Notes under the pieces: generated by a model
Databases searched by the model: none
What the model was told of the DNA's origin: nothing
Seen by the model: the letters and a program-made list of their open reading frames with translations, nothing else
DNA from: Planctomycetota bacterium
GTDB lineage: Bacteria > Planctomycetota > UBA1135 > GCA-002686595
Length of the DNA stretch: 34,179 bases
NCBI GenBank assembly: GCA_016779225.1
Contig: JADHNZ010000034.1
Span: forward strand, 1 to 34,179
Direction of reading: 5' to 3'
Position numbers and translations under genes: made by a program
Part shown: positions 16,373 to 25,926 of the stretch, piece by piece
How positions within the stretch are numbered: position 1 is the first letter of the stretch
Layout of the letters: each line of letters begins with the position of its first letter

Positions 16373-17509
16373 ATGCCCATCGGTCCCCTTGACCCGGAGC
16401 TCGTCCGCCGCCTGCCGAAGGTGTCCCTCCACGACCACCTCGACGGGAGCGTGCGGCCGGGAACCCTGATCGAGCTGGCCGCGGCCTCGGGTTACGCGGA
16501 GCTCCCGACCACCGAAGCGCCGGCCCTGGCGGAGTGGTTCCGGCGCGGCGCCGATCGCGGCAGCCTGCCCCTCTACCTGGAGGGCTTCCGGCACACCATC
16601 GCCCTGCTCCAGGACGCCGCCGCCTTGGAGCGGGTCGCCTTCGAGTACGCGGAGGACCTCGCTCGCGACGGTGTCGTGTATGCCGAGGTCCGCTTCGCGC
16701 CGCACTTCCACACCGCGGGCGGCCTGGGTCTCGACGCGGTCCTCGACGCAGTCCTCCGCGGCCTGCGCAGGGGTGAGGCCGAGCACGGGCTGACCGTGCG
16801 CGTCCTCGTATGCGCCCTGCGCAACGAGCCCGCCGAGCAGTCGCACCGGCTCTCCGAGCTGACCACGGCCTGGATGGACCGCGGCGTGTGCGGATTCGAC
16901 CTGGCCGGAGAGGAGTCCGGGCACCCGGCGAAGCACCACCTGCAGGCGTTCCACCGCGTCCAGCGCGCCAACGGCTCGATCACCATCCACGCGGGCGAGG
17001 GCTTCGGTCCCGAGAGCATCTGGCAGGCGCTCCAGTTCTGCGGCGCCCATCGCATCGGCCACGGCACGCGCCTCGCGGAGGACATGACGATCCACGACGG
17101 CCGGGTGCTCAAGCTCGGCAGCCTCGCGCGCTATGTGCTGGACCATCGCATCCCCCTCGAGATGTGCCTGTCCTCGAATGTCCACACCGGGACCGTTGCG
17201 AGCCTCGAGGCCCACCCCTTCCCCCACTTCCTGCGCGCGGGCTTCCGGGTCACCCTGAACACCGACAACCGCCTGATGAGCGGCGTCACGCTCACGGACG
17301 AGTACCTGCTGGCGCACCGCACCTTCGGCCTCACCCTGACCGAGCTGGAGCGCGTCACCGCCAACGCCATCAACGCCGCCTTCCACCCCTACTGGGAGCG
17401 GCGTCGCATCCTGCACGCACGCATCGAGCCGGGGTTCGCGGCGGCGCGAGCGGAGGCCCTGGAGGCAGGCCTCGACCCGGGGCCGCCCCTCGGCGGCGAG
17501 GACGCCTGA
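16373..17509 (+). CDS. add: Adenosine deaminase
   Basis: The N-terminal metal-binding segment SLHDHLDGSVRPGTLIELAA is present, along with HAGE and TLNTDN motifs. Confidence 0.85.
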   Translation: MPIGPLDPELVRRLPKVSLHDHLDGSVRPGTLIELAAASGYAELPTTEAPALAEWFRRGADRGSLPLYLEGFRHTIALLQDAAALERVAFEYAEDLARDGVVYAEVRFAPHFHTAGGLGLDAVLDAVLRGLRRGEAEHGLTVRVLVCALRNEPAEQSHRLSELTTAWMDRGVCGFDLAGEESGHPAKHHLQAFHRVQRANGSITIHAGEGFGPESIWQALQFCGAHRIGHGTRLAEDMTIHDGRVLKLGSLARYVLDHRIPLEMCLSSNVHTGTVASLEAHPFPHFLRAGFRVTLNTDNRLMSGVTLTDEYLLAHRTFGLTLTELERVTANAINAAFHPYWERRRILHARIEPGFAAARAEALEAGLDPGPPLGGEDA

Positions 17510-17533
17510 TCCAAGGGGACAGCCCTCGGGGCG

Positions 17534-18598
17534 GTGGGCCTGGTCCCTATCCTGGGGCCCATGACCGCCGCCCGCCTCCACGACCCCGGCGCGTTCCAGG
17601 GCTCGCTCACCGTCCGCGTGCTCGAGTCGAAGCTCCTGGCCGGGAACCCGCTCGGGGATCCCAGCGCCCGCGAGGTCTCCGTCTGGAGCCCCCCGGGAGC
17701 GGGCGCCGGCCTCCCCGCCCTGCTGGTCCTGGCCGGCTTCACCGGACGGGGCCAGAAGTACCTGGACACGCACCCCTGGCACCCGGGCCTCGCGCTGCGC
17801 ATCGATCGCGCCTTCGCGGAGGGACGCTTCCCCTCCTGCCATGTGGTGTTCCCCGACTGCTTCACCGCCCTCGGCGGCAGCCAGTACCTGGACTCCTCCG
17901 CGGTCGGCCCCTACCAGAGCCACCTCCTCGACGAGCTGCTGCCCTTCGTGAGCGAGAACTGGAGCGCAGCCTCCTTCGGCGTGGCGGGCAAGAGCTCGGG
18001 CGGCTTCGGCGCCCTGCGCCTCGCCATGGCGCGCCCGGGCGCATTCCGCGTCGCGGGCTCCCTCTCCGGGGACCTCGGCTTCGACCTCGCCTACGGCGGC
18101 GAGCTGATGGCGGCCTGCCGCGGGCTCGTGCCCCACGGGGGGGACCCCGCGCGCTTCCTAGAGGAGTTCCGGCGCGAGCCCAGCCTCAGCGGCGACGGGC
18201 ACGCGGTCATCGATGTCCTGGCCATGAGCGCCTGCTACGCCCCGGACCCGAGCCAGCCGCTGGGCTTCGAGCTGCCCATGGACCCCCACACGGGCGAGCG
18301 CACCCGGGGCTGGGACCGATGGCTGGAGAACGACCCCCTGTGCCGGCTCGAGAGCGAGGGGGAGGCGCTCCGGAGCCTCGACCTGCTGGACCTGCGGGCG
18401 GGTACGAGGGACGAGTTCCACCTGCAGTTCGGCCTCCGTCGCTTCGTCCGCAGGCTGGTCGAGCTGGGGATCCCCCACAGCCACGCGGAGTTCGCCGGGG
18501 GGCACTTTGGGACCGACGGGGAGCTGCTGGAGCTGACCCGAGCCCTGGCGCAGCGGCTCTGCGGGGGGGCATCCTCCAAGCCGAGCGACGGGGCGTGA
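17534..18598 (+). CDS. Alpha/beta-hydrolase, putative esterase family (esterase D / enterochelin esterase-like)
   Basis: It has a GxSxG nucleophile elbow (GKSSGGFGAL) and the family-typical PSCHVVFPDCFTALGGSQYLDS segment. An alternative start at the M 9 codons downstream is possible. Confidence 0.65.
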   Translation: MGLVPILGPMTAARLHDPGAFQGSLTVRVLESKLLAGNPLGDPSAREVSVWSPPGAGAGLPALLVLAGFTGRGQKYLDTHPWHPGLALRIDRAFAEGRFPSCHVVFPDCFTALGGSQYLDSSAVGPYQSHLLDELLPFVSENWSAASFGVAGKSSGGFGALRLAMARPGAFRVAGSLSGDLGFDLAYGGELMAACRGLVPHGGDPARFLEEFRREPSLSGDGHAVIDVLAMSACYAPDPSQPLGFELPMDPHTGERTRGWDRWLENDPLCRLESEGEALRSLDLLDLRAGTRDEFHLQFGLRRFVRRLVELGIPHSHAEFAGGHFGTDGELLELTRALAQRLCGGASSKPSDGA

Positions 18599-18638
18599 AG
18601 ATCCCGACGCCCCGCGCGTACACTCCTCCAGGACGCCC

Positions 18639-19187
18639 ATGGACATCTTCCAGGACTGGACCATCGCCAGCACCTATGTGCTGTGCTCCGCCGTCGGGGG
18701 CGTGATCCTCACCCTCCAGCTCGTGCTGATGATGTTCGGCGGGGACGCCGACTTCGACGGCGACCTCGAGATCGACGACGGGATGGGCCTGCTGAGCGTG
18801 CGCTCGGTGGCCTCCTTCCTCACCTTCTTCGGCCTCGTCGGTCTCTGGGGCCACCAGAACGACTGGACCCCCGCCATGAGCGCGGGCGCAGGCCTCGTAG
18901 CCGGCATGGCGATGATGGTCCTCGTGGCCTGGGTGATGCTGCAGTACCGCAAGCTCGACTCCTCGGGCACTGTGGATCCGAGCGGCGCGATCGGTGGGAC
19001 GGCCGTGGTCTACCTCACCGTCCCGGCGGAGGGCGCCGGCCGCGGGAAGATCACGGTGAGCCTCCAGGGCCGGACCCACGAGTTCCAGGCCACGACCACG
19101 GGCCCCACCCTCCCGACCGGCGCGGAGGTCCGCGTCCTGCGTCGCGTCAGCTCCGACACCTTCGAGGTCAGCGCCCTCGACTCCTGA
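18639..19187 (+). CDS. NfeD-like membrane protein (OB-fold C-terminal domain), partner of the downstream flotillin
   Basis: It has N-terminal transmembrane helices and then a soluble beta-rich domain (GRGKITVSLQGRTHEFQATT...VRVLRRVSSDTFEV). It lies directly upstream of an SPFH protein. Confidence 0.65.
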   Translation: MDIFQDWTIASTYVLCSAVGGVILTLQLVLMMFGGDADFDGDLEIDDGMGLLSVRSVASFLTFFGLVGLWGHQNDWTPAMSAGAGLVAGMAMMVLVAWVMLQYRKLDSSGTVDPSGAIGGTAVVYLTVPAEGAGRGKITVSLQGRTHEFQATTTGPTLPTGAEVRVLRRVSSDTFEVSALDS

Positions 19188-19240
19188 GACCCACCGAGGG
19201 AGCGCGGCCCGCGGGCCGGCCCCTCCGCCCCACGAAAACC

Positions 19241-20878
19241 ATGCACTGGACCCCCCTCCTCGCCCTCGCACCGCAGGGCCCCATCGACAGCGTTCCCGTA
19301 GAGGTGATCATCGGCATTGCGCTGGTCGTCATCTTCGCGGGGTTCCTGATGATCCTCAGCCGGCGCTACAAGCGCTGCCCCTCGAACAAGGTGCTGGTCG
19401 TCTTCGGCCGCACCAGCGAGGGCCAATCGGCCAAGCCGGTCCACGGCGGCGGCGTCTTCGTCTGGCCCCTGATCCAGGACTACGCCTTCCTGTCCCTGGA
19501 GCCCATGCAGATCGAGATCCCGCTGCAAGGCGCTCTGTCGCGGGAGAACATCCGCGTCAGCGTCCCCAGCGTGTTCACCGTCGCCATCGGCACCCAGCGG
19601 GAGATCATGAGCAACGCCGCGGTGCGCCTGCTCAACCTCGCCCGGGGTGAGATCATCAAGCAGGCCGAGGACATCATCTACGGCCAGCTGCGCCAGGTGA
19701 TCGCCTCGATGCCGATCGAGGAGATCAACCGCAACCGCGAGGTCTTCCTCGCCAATGTCCAGTCCAGCCTGGAGCCCGAGCTGGCGAAGATCGGCCTCGT
19801 CCTGATCAACGTCAACATCAAGGACATCACCGACGACTCGGGCTACATCGAGGCGATCGGCCGCAAGGCGGCCTCCGAGGCCATCAACCAGGCCGAGATC
19901 GATGTGGCCCAGCAGCAGAAGCGCGGGGCCATCGGGGTCGCGGAGGCCGAGAAGGAGCGCGCCGTGCAGGTCGCCGAGGCCGAGAAGGTGCGCGACATCG
20001 GCACCAAGACCGCCGAGCGCGACCGGTCGATCAACATCGCGGACCTCGAGAAGGCCCGCGTGATCGGCGAGCAGCGCGCCAGCTTCGAGCAGGAGGCCCA
20101 GGTGCGCGACGCCGAGCGCGAGATGCGCATCCGGGTGGCCGAGGCCAACGCCACGGCCGTGACCGGCGAGAACGAGGCCAAGGCTCGCATCGCCAACACC
20201 AATGCCGACCTCCAGGTGCAGGAGGCCGACGCCTTCCAGCGCTCGGAGACCCGTCGGCGCGAGGCCGAGGCCCTCGTGAAGGAGGCCCAGTTCATCGCCG
20301 AGGCCCGGGCTGCCGAGGCCGAGGCCAAGAAGATCGAGGCCGAGAAGCGCGCCGAGCTCGAGGCCTCCGCCAAGGCCATGAAGGCCCAGACCATCGTGGA
20401 CGCCGAGGCCGAGGCCGAGAAGACCCGCATCCGCGCCCAGGGCGAGGCGGCGGCGATCTTCGCCAGGCTCGAGGCCGAGGCGAAGGGCCAGTACGAGATC
20501 CTCGCCAAGAAGGGTCAGGGTCTGCGCGAGATCGTCGACAACTGCGGCGGTGCGGACGCGGCCTTCCGCATGCTGATGCTGGAGCACATCGACCACCTCT
20601 CGGAGGTCGCGGCCCAGGCCATCTCGAACATCAAGTTCGACAAGGTCGTGGTCTGGGACGGCCAGGGCGGAGGCGACGGCAAGACGGCCACCTCGAACTT
20701 CCTGCGGGGCCTCGCAAGCTCCCTCCCGCCGGCGCTCACCATGATGCGCGACATCGGCGGGGTCGAGATGCCGGAGTTCTTCGGACGCCTGCTGGAGGAC
20801 GCCTCCGGCAGCGACAGCCCGAAGGATGCCGCCGCCGACTCCAACGAGGCCAGCGACGAGGAGGAGAGCGAGGCCTGA
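19241..20878 (+). CDS. Flotillin-family SPFH/band-7 protein (YqiK/FloA-like) with a long Ala/Glu-rich coiled coil and an acidic tail
   Basis: It has an N-terminal transmembrane segment (VEVIIGIALVVIFAGFLMIL) and an SPFH domain. It also has an extended EA-repeat region (AEARAAEAEAKKIEAEKRAELEASAKA...). The start is placed at the ATG at 19241 (MHWTPLL), in frame with listed ORF 18683..20878. Confidence 0.85.
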   Translation: MHWTPLLALAPQGPIDSVPVEVIIGIALVVIFAGFLMILSRRYKRCPSNKVLVVFGRTSEGQSAKPVHGGGVFVWPLIQDYAFLSLEPMQIEIPLQGALSRENIRVSVPSVFTVAIGTQREIMSNAAVRLLNLARGEIIKQAEDIIYGQLRQVIASMPIEEINRNREVFLANVQSSLEPELAKIGLVLINVNIKDITDDSGYIEAIGRKAASEAINQAEIDVAQQQKRGAIGVAEAEKERAVQVAEAEKVRDIGTKTAERDRSINIADLEKARVIGEQRASFEQEAQVRDAEREMRIRVAEANATAVTGENEAKARIANTNADLQVQEADAFQRSETRRREAEALVKEAQFIAEARAAEAEAKKIEAEKRAELEASAKAMKAQTIVDAEAEAEKTRIRAQGEAAAIFARLEAEAKGQYEILAKKGQGLREIVDNCGGADAAFRMLMLEHIDHLSEVAAQAISNIKFDKVVVWDGQGGGDGKTATSNFLRGLASSLPPALTMMRDIGGVEMPEFFGRLLEDASGSDSPKDAAADSNEASDEEESEA

Positions 20879-20899
20879 GCCGACGCTCCCCCTGACGCA

Positions 20900-20936
20900 G
20901 CGGGGCCGCGCCTGGGAGATCCAGGCGCGGCCCCGC
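20900..20936. terminator. Bidirectional GC hairpin between convergent genes (GCGGGGCCGCGCCTGG gagat CCAGGCGCGGCCCCGC)
   Basis: A perfect 16-bp inverted repeat is read from the sequence. It lies in the 150-bp gap between the flotillin stop and the queF stop. Confidence 0.45.
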
Positions 20937-21028
20937 TCGCATCACGCGGAGAGGTGCAGGGTCCGCCCTGCCGGGGATCGGGCCCGAGCTCGGGATAGCC
21001 CATGGGGCGCAGCCCGAGCGGACCCGAC

Positions 21029-21379
21029 TCAGGGGTAGCTCGCCTCCACCACCGTGTGGATGCCACCGCGGACCATGAAGTCGCCCTCGACGACCATGCT
21101 CTTCGGGCTGGTGGCGGCGACCAGGTCGTCGAGGATCTGGTTCGTCACGGCCTCGTGGAACGCCCCCACCTCCCGGTAGGACCACAGGTAGAGCTTGAGG
21201 CTCTTCAGCTCGACGCAGGTCTGGTCCGGCACATAGCGGATCCGGATCGTCGCGAAGTCCGGCTGGCCGGTCTTCGGGCAGACGCAGGTGAACTCGGGGC
21301 AGTCGAAGCGCACCTCGAACGCGCGCCCGGGGCGCGGGTTCGGGAAGGTGTCGAGATCGCGGGAGGGCTGGGTCGACAT
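21029..21379 (-). CDS. queF: NADPH-dependent 7-cyano-7-deazaguanine (preQ0) reductase, single-domain type
   Basis: QueF motifs are present ([27 protein letters not shown] and [13 protein letters not shown]). The start is placed at the ATG at 21377-21379 ([10 protein letters not shown]). The listed ORF extends in frame upstream without homology. Confidence 0.8.
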   Translation of the reverse strand: MSTQPSRDLDTFPNPRPGRAFEVRFDCPEFTCVCPKTGQPDFATIRIRYVPDQTCVELKSLKLYLWSYREVGAFHEAVTNQILDDLVAATSPKSMVVEGDFMVRGGIHTVVEASYP

Positions 21380-21390
21380 GGGGCGGCAGA

Positions 21391-23502
21391 CTAGCGCGCG
21401 CCCTGGGCCCCGGCCACCGCCACTCCGTCCACCTCGAGCTCGAGCGACCACCGCGCGGCGCCGCTGCGATCGCTCACGAGGAGCGGCTCGTCGTCCTCCG
21501 CCAGGAGCACCTCCTCCGCGAGGGTCGCTCCCGCTGCGTCGGTCCAGCGCAGGCGCCAGGCGCCCGCAGCCTCCTCCCGCACGGCCGAGGGCGCGTCGAA
21601 CGCCGCCAGGTCCAGGCTCCACCCTGCGTCGCTGCGCCGCGGCGTCGCCTGCGGTGGCAGCGGCCACGGCCGCGCGCTCACCTCGAGCGTGCGACCGGCG
21701 AGCGGTCCAACGAGGCGCAGGTCCGCGAGCGTCCCGGCCAGGGACCAGGTGAGCTCGCCGCGGAGGTCGAAGCAGGCAAAGGTTCCCTCGCCCGTCCGCA
21801 CCCAGGCACCCGTCGCACGGCCTGACCAGCCCGCGCCGGTGGTCCACTCCACGCTCGGCGGATCCTCCCCCGGCAGCGACGGCGGAACGGCCACGCGCAG
21901 GTGCGCGGTCCGCGCGGGCACGACCTGGGCCAGGGCGTCGGCAGGAGCCCCGAGCCAACGGGCCGGCAGCAGGTCCTGGCCGGGCTCCGGCCGCAGGAGC
22001 AGCCTCCCCGTGCCGGCGGCTCCGAGGAGGGCGCGGGGCACCAGCAGTCCAAGGCCCTCGCTGCGCCAGCGCACGCCGAGGTCGCCGCAGAGCGCCCGCC
22101 CAAGATCGCCGGGCTGAAGCAGACGCACGCGCGGAGAGAGAGGCCCGCCGAGGTCCGGCCCTCCCTCTGCCAGGCGGCGGCTGAGGAGCAGTGAGGGGTC
22201 CCGCGGAACGAGCAGGCGCTCCGCCGGGTCCTCGACCAGGATCCAGGTCGGCTCGAAGCCCGCCTCCTCAGCGGCGCCCTCGAGGTCTGCGCGCGCGGCG
22301 TCCACCGCGCGACCGGCCTCGCCGAGCGGCACGGCCACGCCGTGCGCCAGCCAGGCGAAGATCGGCACCACCAGCGCCGGCAGCAGACGCCTGCGCAGGT
22401 CAGGCACCGCGGTGACCATGACGCCCAGGCCGGCACACAGCACGACCGAGGCGAGCAGGAGGTTCTCCGCCCCGTCCAGGCTGAAGCTCGCCGCGCGGGT
22501 GTCCGCATCCAGCAGCAGCGCCAGCAGCACGGCAGCCCCCCAGCCGAGGGTCGCCCGGCCCCAGAACCGCGGTGCGGTGCGGCCGGCGATGAAGGCGGGG
22601 TGCAGGAGGAGAGCGAGTGAGAACAGCGCGGCGAGGATCGACAGGGGGCCCAGGCTGTCGAGGGGCGCGGGCATGAGGAGCACGCCGACCTTCTCCGCCG
22701 TCAGCGGGATCGCGAGCAGGTGAGCGGAGACCTCCTGGAAGGTGCGCGCGTCCTCTGGAGCGAGGCGCGCGCGCAGGGCGTACTCCGCGGACACGCACAC
22801 CGCACACAGCAGCGCGGTCAGGAGCGCCGTTCGCGTGCGCTGGCCCGAGCTGCGGAAGCGGCGCCCCGAGGCGGCCTCGAGGATCCCGTAGAGCGGGGGC
22901 AGATAGAGGGCCCAGCGCCCGCAGAGCCCGGCGAGGGTCGCCAGCAGGAAGGCGCGGCCCAGACGGCCCGCGGCCGGGTGGTCGCGATCCTGGCGCGCGC
23001 GCAGGAGCGCCGCCGCGCCGAACAGGCCGAACGCAAGGGCCAGCAGCTCGCCGCGCAGGTGCAGCTGCGGGACCGCCGCCACCGGAAGGGGGTGCACGAG
23101 GAGCAGGACCGCAGCGGCCAGCCCGCCCGCGCGCGCGCTGTCCTCCCCCACCCAGGGCGCCAGCGCCCGACGCACGACGAGGCGCAGGCCCATGGCCACG
23201 ACGAGGAGCACCGCCAGGTTCTCGAGGCGCAGCCAGGTCGCGGCCTGGGGCGTCCAGACCTTCTCGGCAGTCCAGATCGACCGCGAGAGGAAGAGGGACA
23301 GGGCCGCGAGCGGCCGGCCGTCGAGGTGAGGGACGCGGTAGAGCGAGGCCGGCCCCTTGCCGCTGAGGCCCGCCAGCAGCTCGAGGTCGTCGCCGAAGGG
23401 GCCCGCCGTGAGGGCCGGAGCATGGGCCCAGGCCACCAGCAGGCCGAGGGCCACGAGCCACGGCAGGGCGAGGCGGCGGGGAGCGTCCTCCATGGGCGTC
23501 AC
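21391..23502 (-). CDS. Large polytopic membrane protein with a C-terminal extracytoplasmic domain; function unknown, possibly a GT-C-like glycosyltransferase fold
   Basis: About 12 hydrophobic segments span the first ~420 aa. A soluble C-terminal region of about 280 aa follows. A DD/DE-containing first loop (FGDDLEL) resembles GT-C loops. The gene ends 11 nt upstream of queF on the same strand. Confidence 0.55.
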   Translation of the reverse strand: MTPMEDAPRRLALPWLVALGLLVAWAHAPALTAGPFGDDLELLAGLSGKGPASLYRVPHLDGRPLAALSLFLSRSIWTAEKVWTPQAATWLRLENLAVLLVVAMGLRLVVRRALAPWVGEDSARAGGLAAAVLLLVHPLPVAAVPQLHLRGELLALAFGLFGAAALLRARQDRDHPAAGRLGRAFLLATLAGLCGRWALYLPPLYGILEAASGRRFRSSGQRTRTALLTALLCAVCVSAEYALRARLAPEDARTFQEVSAHLLAIPLTAEKVGVLLMPAPLDSLGPLSILAALFSLALLLHPAFIAGRTAPRFWGRATLGWGAAVLLALLLDADTRAASFSLDGAENLLLASVVLCAGLGVMVTAVPDLRRRLLPALVVPIFAWLAHGVAVPLGEAGRAVDAARADLEGAAEEAGFEPTWILVEDPAERLLVPRDPSLLLSRRLAEGGPDLGGPLSPRVRLLQPGDLGRALCGDLGVRWRSEGLGLLVPRALLGAAGTGRLLLRPEPGQDLLPARWLGAPADALAQVVPARTAHLRVAVPPSLPGEDPPSVEWTTGAGWSGRATGAWVRTGEGTFACFDLRGELTWSLAGTLADLRLVGPLAGRTLEVSARPWPLPPQATPRRSDAGWSLDLAAFDAPSAVREEAAGAWRLRWTDAAGATLAEEVLLAEDDEPLLVSDRSGAARWSLELEVDGVAVAGAQGAR

Positions 23503-23533
23503 ATTAGCCCAGGGGCGCCGCTACCGTGTCGGG

Positions 23534-23986
23534 ATGCTCTCCACCTTCGAACCCCTGTGGCGCGCCGCCGAGGGCGTGGACCTCAGCGACTCCGCCGCAG
23601 CCGTCGCAACCCTGACCCAGCGCCTCGACCCGGCGAGCCCTGAGGGCCAGGCCCTCAGCTCCGCCCTGTGCGACCTCCTCGAGAGCGGAGCGGTTGCGGA
23701 CCGTGGCGCCCCCCCCGTGCGCTGGAGCCGCGTGGCCAAGGCCGGCCCCGAGACCGGCGCCTTCTCGATCGATGTGGTGCACATGAACGGGGCAGGCCCG
23801 CGCCACACGCACCACGAGGGCGAGGTGAACTGGTGCATCGCCCTCAGCGGCGAGCCGCGCTTCGACGGCCAGGGCCCCGGCTGGGTCGCGTTCCCTCCGG
23901 GCTCGACCCATGTGCCGACCGTGGAGGGCGGGGAGATGCTGATCGTCTACCTCCTGCCCAACGGAGCGGTCGAGTTCCACGCCTAA
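23534..23986 (+). CDS. Small cupin-like protein of unknown function
   Basis: It has a His-rich segment (RHTHHEGEVNWCIALSGEPRFDG...GSTHVPT) typical of cupin metal sites. The start is at the ATG at 23534 (MLSTFEPLW), inside the longer listed ORF. Confidence 0.45.
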   Translation: MLSTFEPLWRAAEGVDLSDSAAAVATLTQRLDPASPEGQALSSALCDLLESGAVADRGAPPVRWSRVAKAGPETGAFSIDVVHMNGAGPRHTHHEGEVNWCIALSGEPRFDGQGPGWVAFPPGSTHVPTVEGGEMLIVYLLPNGAVEFHA

Positions 23987-24131
23987 GGCGTGCAGGGGGC
24001 ACCGCTGGGAGGGCCACCGGTCCCGCGACGCCCCAGAGGTGTCCAAACCAAGGCCGTGAGTCGGGACAGGGACTTGGCGCCGTGACCTGCCGGACCCAGG
24101 AGGGTTGGGCTTCGGCCCCTCGCCCGACTCC

Positions 24132-25544
24132 ATGCCCATGCTGCGTGCCCTCCTGCCCCTGACCCTGGCCCTCCTCCTCCCCGACCCGGCATCCACCCGC
24201 GGGGGCATCCCGTGGGAGGCCGACTGGGCCGCCGCGCGCGATCGAGCCCGCACCGAGAACCGCGTCGTCTTCCTCGCGGTGAACATGGACGGCGAGCGCG
24301 CGAACGACCGCCTGGCCAAGGAGGTCTACCGGGAGAAGGCCGTGGTCGCCCTGGCCGAGCGGACGGTGCCCCTGGTCGCCAGTGCCTTCGCACACGGGAG
24401 CGGCGTCTGCCCGCGCTTCGGCGGGCTGCGCTGCGCCGAGCACCAGCAGGTGGACATCCGCGCGCGGGACGAGGTCCTCCAGCCCGACGCGGACGGGTTC
24501 GTGGTCGCGCCCCAGCATGTGTTCCTGGCGCCCGACGGCGCCGTGCTGCTCTCGGTCCCCTACGAGGTCACCGCGGACGAACTCGAGTGGTGCCTCGCCG
24601 AGGCCCTGCGCAAGCACGACCCCGAGGCGGAGGTGCGCCCGAGCTCCGGCGCGCGCCCGCCCAAGCGGCTCGTCATGGACGGGCTGGCCCCGGCCGAGGG
24701 GGCCGGAGGCCCCGGCCCGCCTACCCGCGAGGAGGTCCTCGAGCTGCTGCGCGAGCTCAAGAAGGGCACCCTCGAGGACCGAGGGAGCGCGGTCCGCCGC
24801 ATCATGACGGCGGACGAGGACGAGGCGCGCGAGTTCGCGGTCCAGGAGCTGCGCCGGTCCAACGGCGGCGGCAAGCGCGGCGGCGGAGGCGGAGGCGGCG
24901 CGACCTCGAACGAGGCCGGCTCGGGCCCGTGGGCGCGTCAGGAGGCCCTCGTGCGCCAGATCGGGCGCCTGTCCCCGCCCAGCTGGTGGGTGGTCGTCGA
25001 GGAGTTCGCAGGCAACGGGGACGAGGACCTGCGCGCCGAGGTGGCCGCCGCGCTGGAGCAGCTGCAGGCTCCCGACTCGAAGCGCCTGGTGGCCACGGCC
25101 CTGCGCAAGGAGCGCGTCCCCGCGCTCGAGGGAGCCTGGCTGCGCGCGCTGGCCAGCGTCGCGCCCGACGACCGCGCCTCGTTCGCCGCGCTGGAGAAGG
25201 CCATCCGCAAGCACAAGGAGGGGCTGGTCCGTGTGCAGGCGCTCGTCGGCCTCGGCTGGCTCGCTCCGAGCGAGGAGCGCAATGGGCTCCTGCTCGAGTT
25301 CCTGGGCGGCGAGCGCGAGGAGCTGGCGCGCGCCGCGGCCCTGGGCCTGGCCCTGACGCGGGAGGCCGACCACCTCGAGGCCCTGAAGGCACGCGTGGAG
25401 GGTGCCTCCCCGGCCCTGGCGGGCGACCTCGAGGCCGCGATCACCGTGCTCGAGACGGGCAGCCTCGAGCCCCTCGGCGCCCCCATCGCCAGCTTGTGCC
25501 GAGACGAGGTCCCGCGGGAGCGGTTCTTCGGCATGGCCCGCTGA
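24132..25544 (+). CDS. Secreted protein with an N-terminal thioredoxin-like (Thioredoxin_7-like, no CxxC) domain and C-terminal HEAT/PBS-lyase-type helical repeats
   Basis: It has a signal peptide (MPMLRALLPLTLALLLP). The pattern WEADWAAARDRARTENRVVFLAVNMD...LAKEVYREKAVVAL resembles thioredoxin-fold DUF255/Thioredoxin_7 but lacks CxxC. The C-terminal half is made of repeated helical pairs (RAEVAAALEQL...VQALVGLGWL...RAAALGLAL). Confidence 0.5.
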   Translation: MPMLRALLPLTLALLLPDPASTRGGIPWEADWAAARDRARTENRVVFLAVNMDGERANDRLAKEVYREKAVVALAERTVPLVASAFAHGSGVCPRFGGLRCAEHQQVDIRARDEVLQPDADGFVVAPQHVFLAPDGAVLLSVPYEVTADELEWCLAEALRKHDPEAEVRPSSGARPPKRLVMDGLAPAEGAGGPGPPTREEVLELLRELKKGTLEDRGSAVRRIMTADEDEAREFAVQELRRSNGGGKRGGGGGGGATSNEAGSGPWARQEALVRQIGRLSPPSWWVVVEEFAGNGDEDLRAEVAAALEQLQAPDSKRLVATALRKERVPALEGAWLRALASVAPDDRASFAALEKAIRKHKEGLVRVQALVGLGWLAPSEERNGLLLEFLGGEREELARAAALGLALTREADHLEALKARVEGASPALAGDLEAAITVLETGSLEPLGAPIASLCRDEVPRERFFGMAR

Positions 25545-25590
25545 CGCTCGGGACCCAAGGGAGATCGGAGCCCGGGGCCCGGCCCGAGCA

Positions 25591-25820
25591 CAGCGGAGCC
25601 GGGCTTGGCCGGCAGCGCCCGAGCGCAGAGCAGCCGGGCTCGGCCAGCACCGCCCAAGCACAGAGCAGCCGGGCTCGGCCGGCACCGCCCAAGCACAGAG
25701 CAGCCGGGCTCGGCCGGCAGCGCCCGAGCGCAGAGCAGCCGGGCTCGGCCGGCACCGCCCAAGCACAGAGCAGCCGGGCTCGGCCAGCACCGCCCAAGCA
25801 CAGCGCAGCCGGGCTCGGAT
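25591..25820. repeat. Tandem direct repeat, 35-bp unit (CAGCCGGGCTCGGCCGGCACCGCCCAAGCACAGAG), about 6.5 copies
   Basis: Copies begin at about 25596 (degenerate), 25631, 25666, 25701, 25736, 25771 and 25806 (partial), with G/A variants at fixed positions. The array lies in the 380-bp intergenic region upstream of the three-paralog operon. Confidence 0.85.
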
Positions 25821-25926
25821 CCGCGTCCGGGTCCGAGCCCGACCCCGCAAGTGGGGTTCGAGGCCACTGCGCGCGCGCTAGGATGGGACCCGAGGGCGCC
25901 CCGCGCGGGCGCCCGGCCCCTGCCCC

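Noticed and set aside
24132-24500. Calling the N-terminal domain of the secreted HEAT-repeat protein a redox-active thioredoxin or DsbD-like protein
   Set aside because: The canonical CxxC is absent. Only the fold-level pattern is present, so any redox function is unsupported.
25591-25820. Possible CRISPR array (35-bp repeats)
   Set aside because: The repeats are directly adjacent with no intervening unique spacers. It is a plain tandem repeat, and there are no cas genes nearby.
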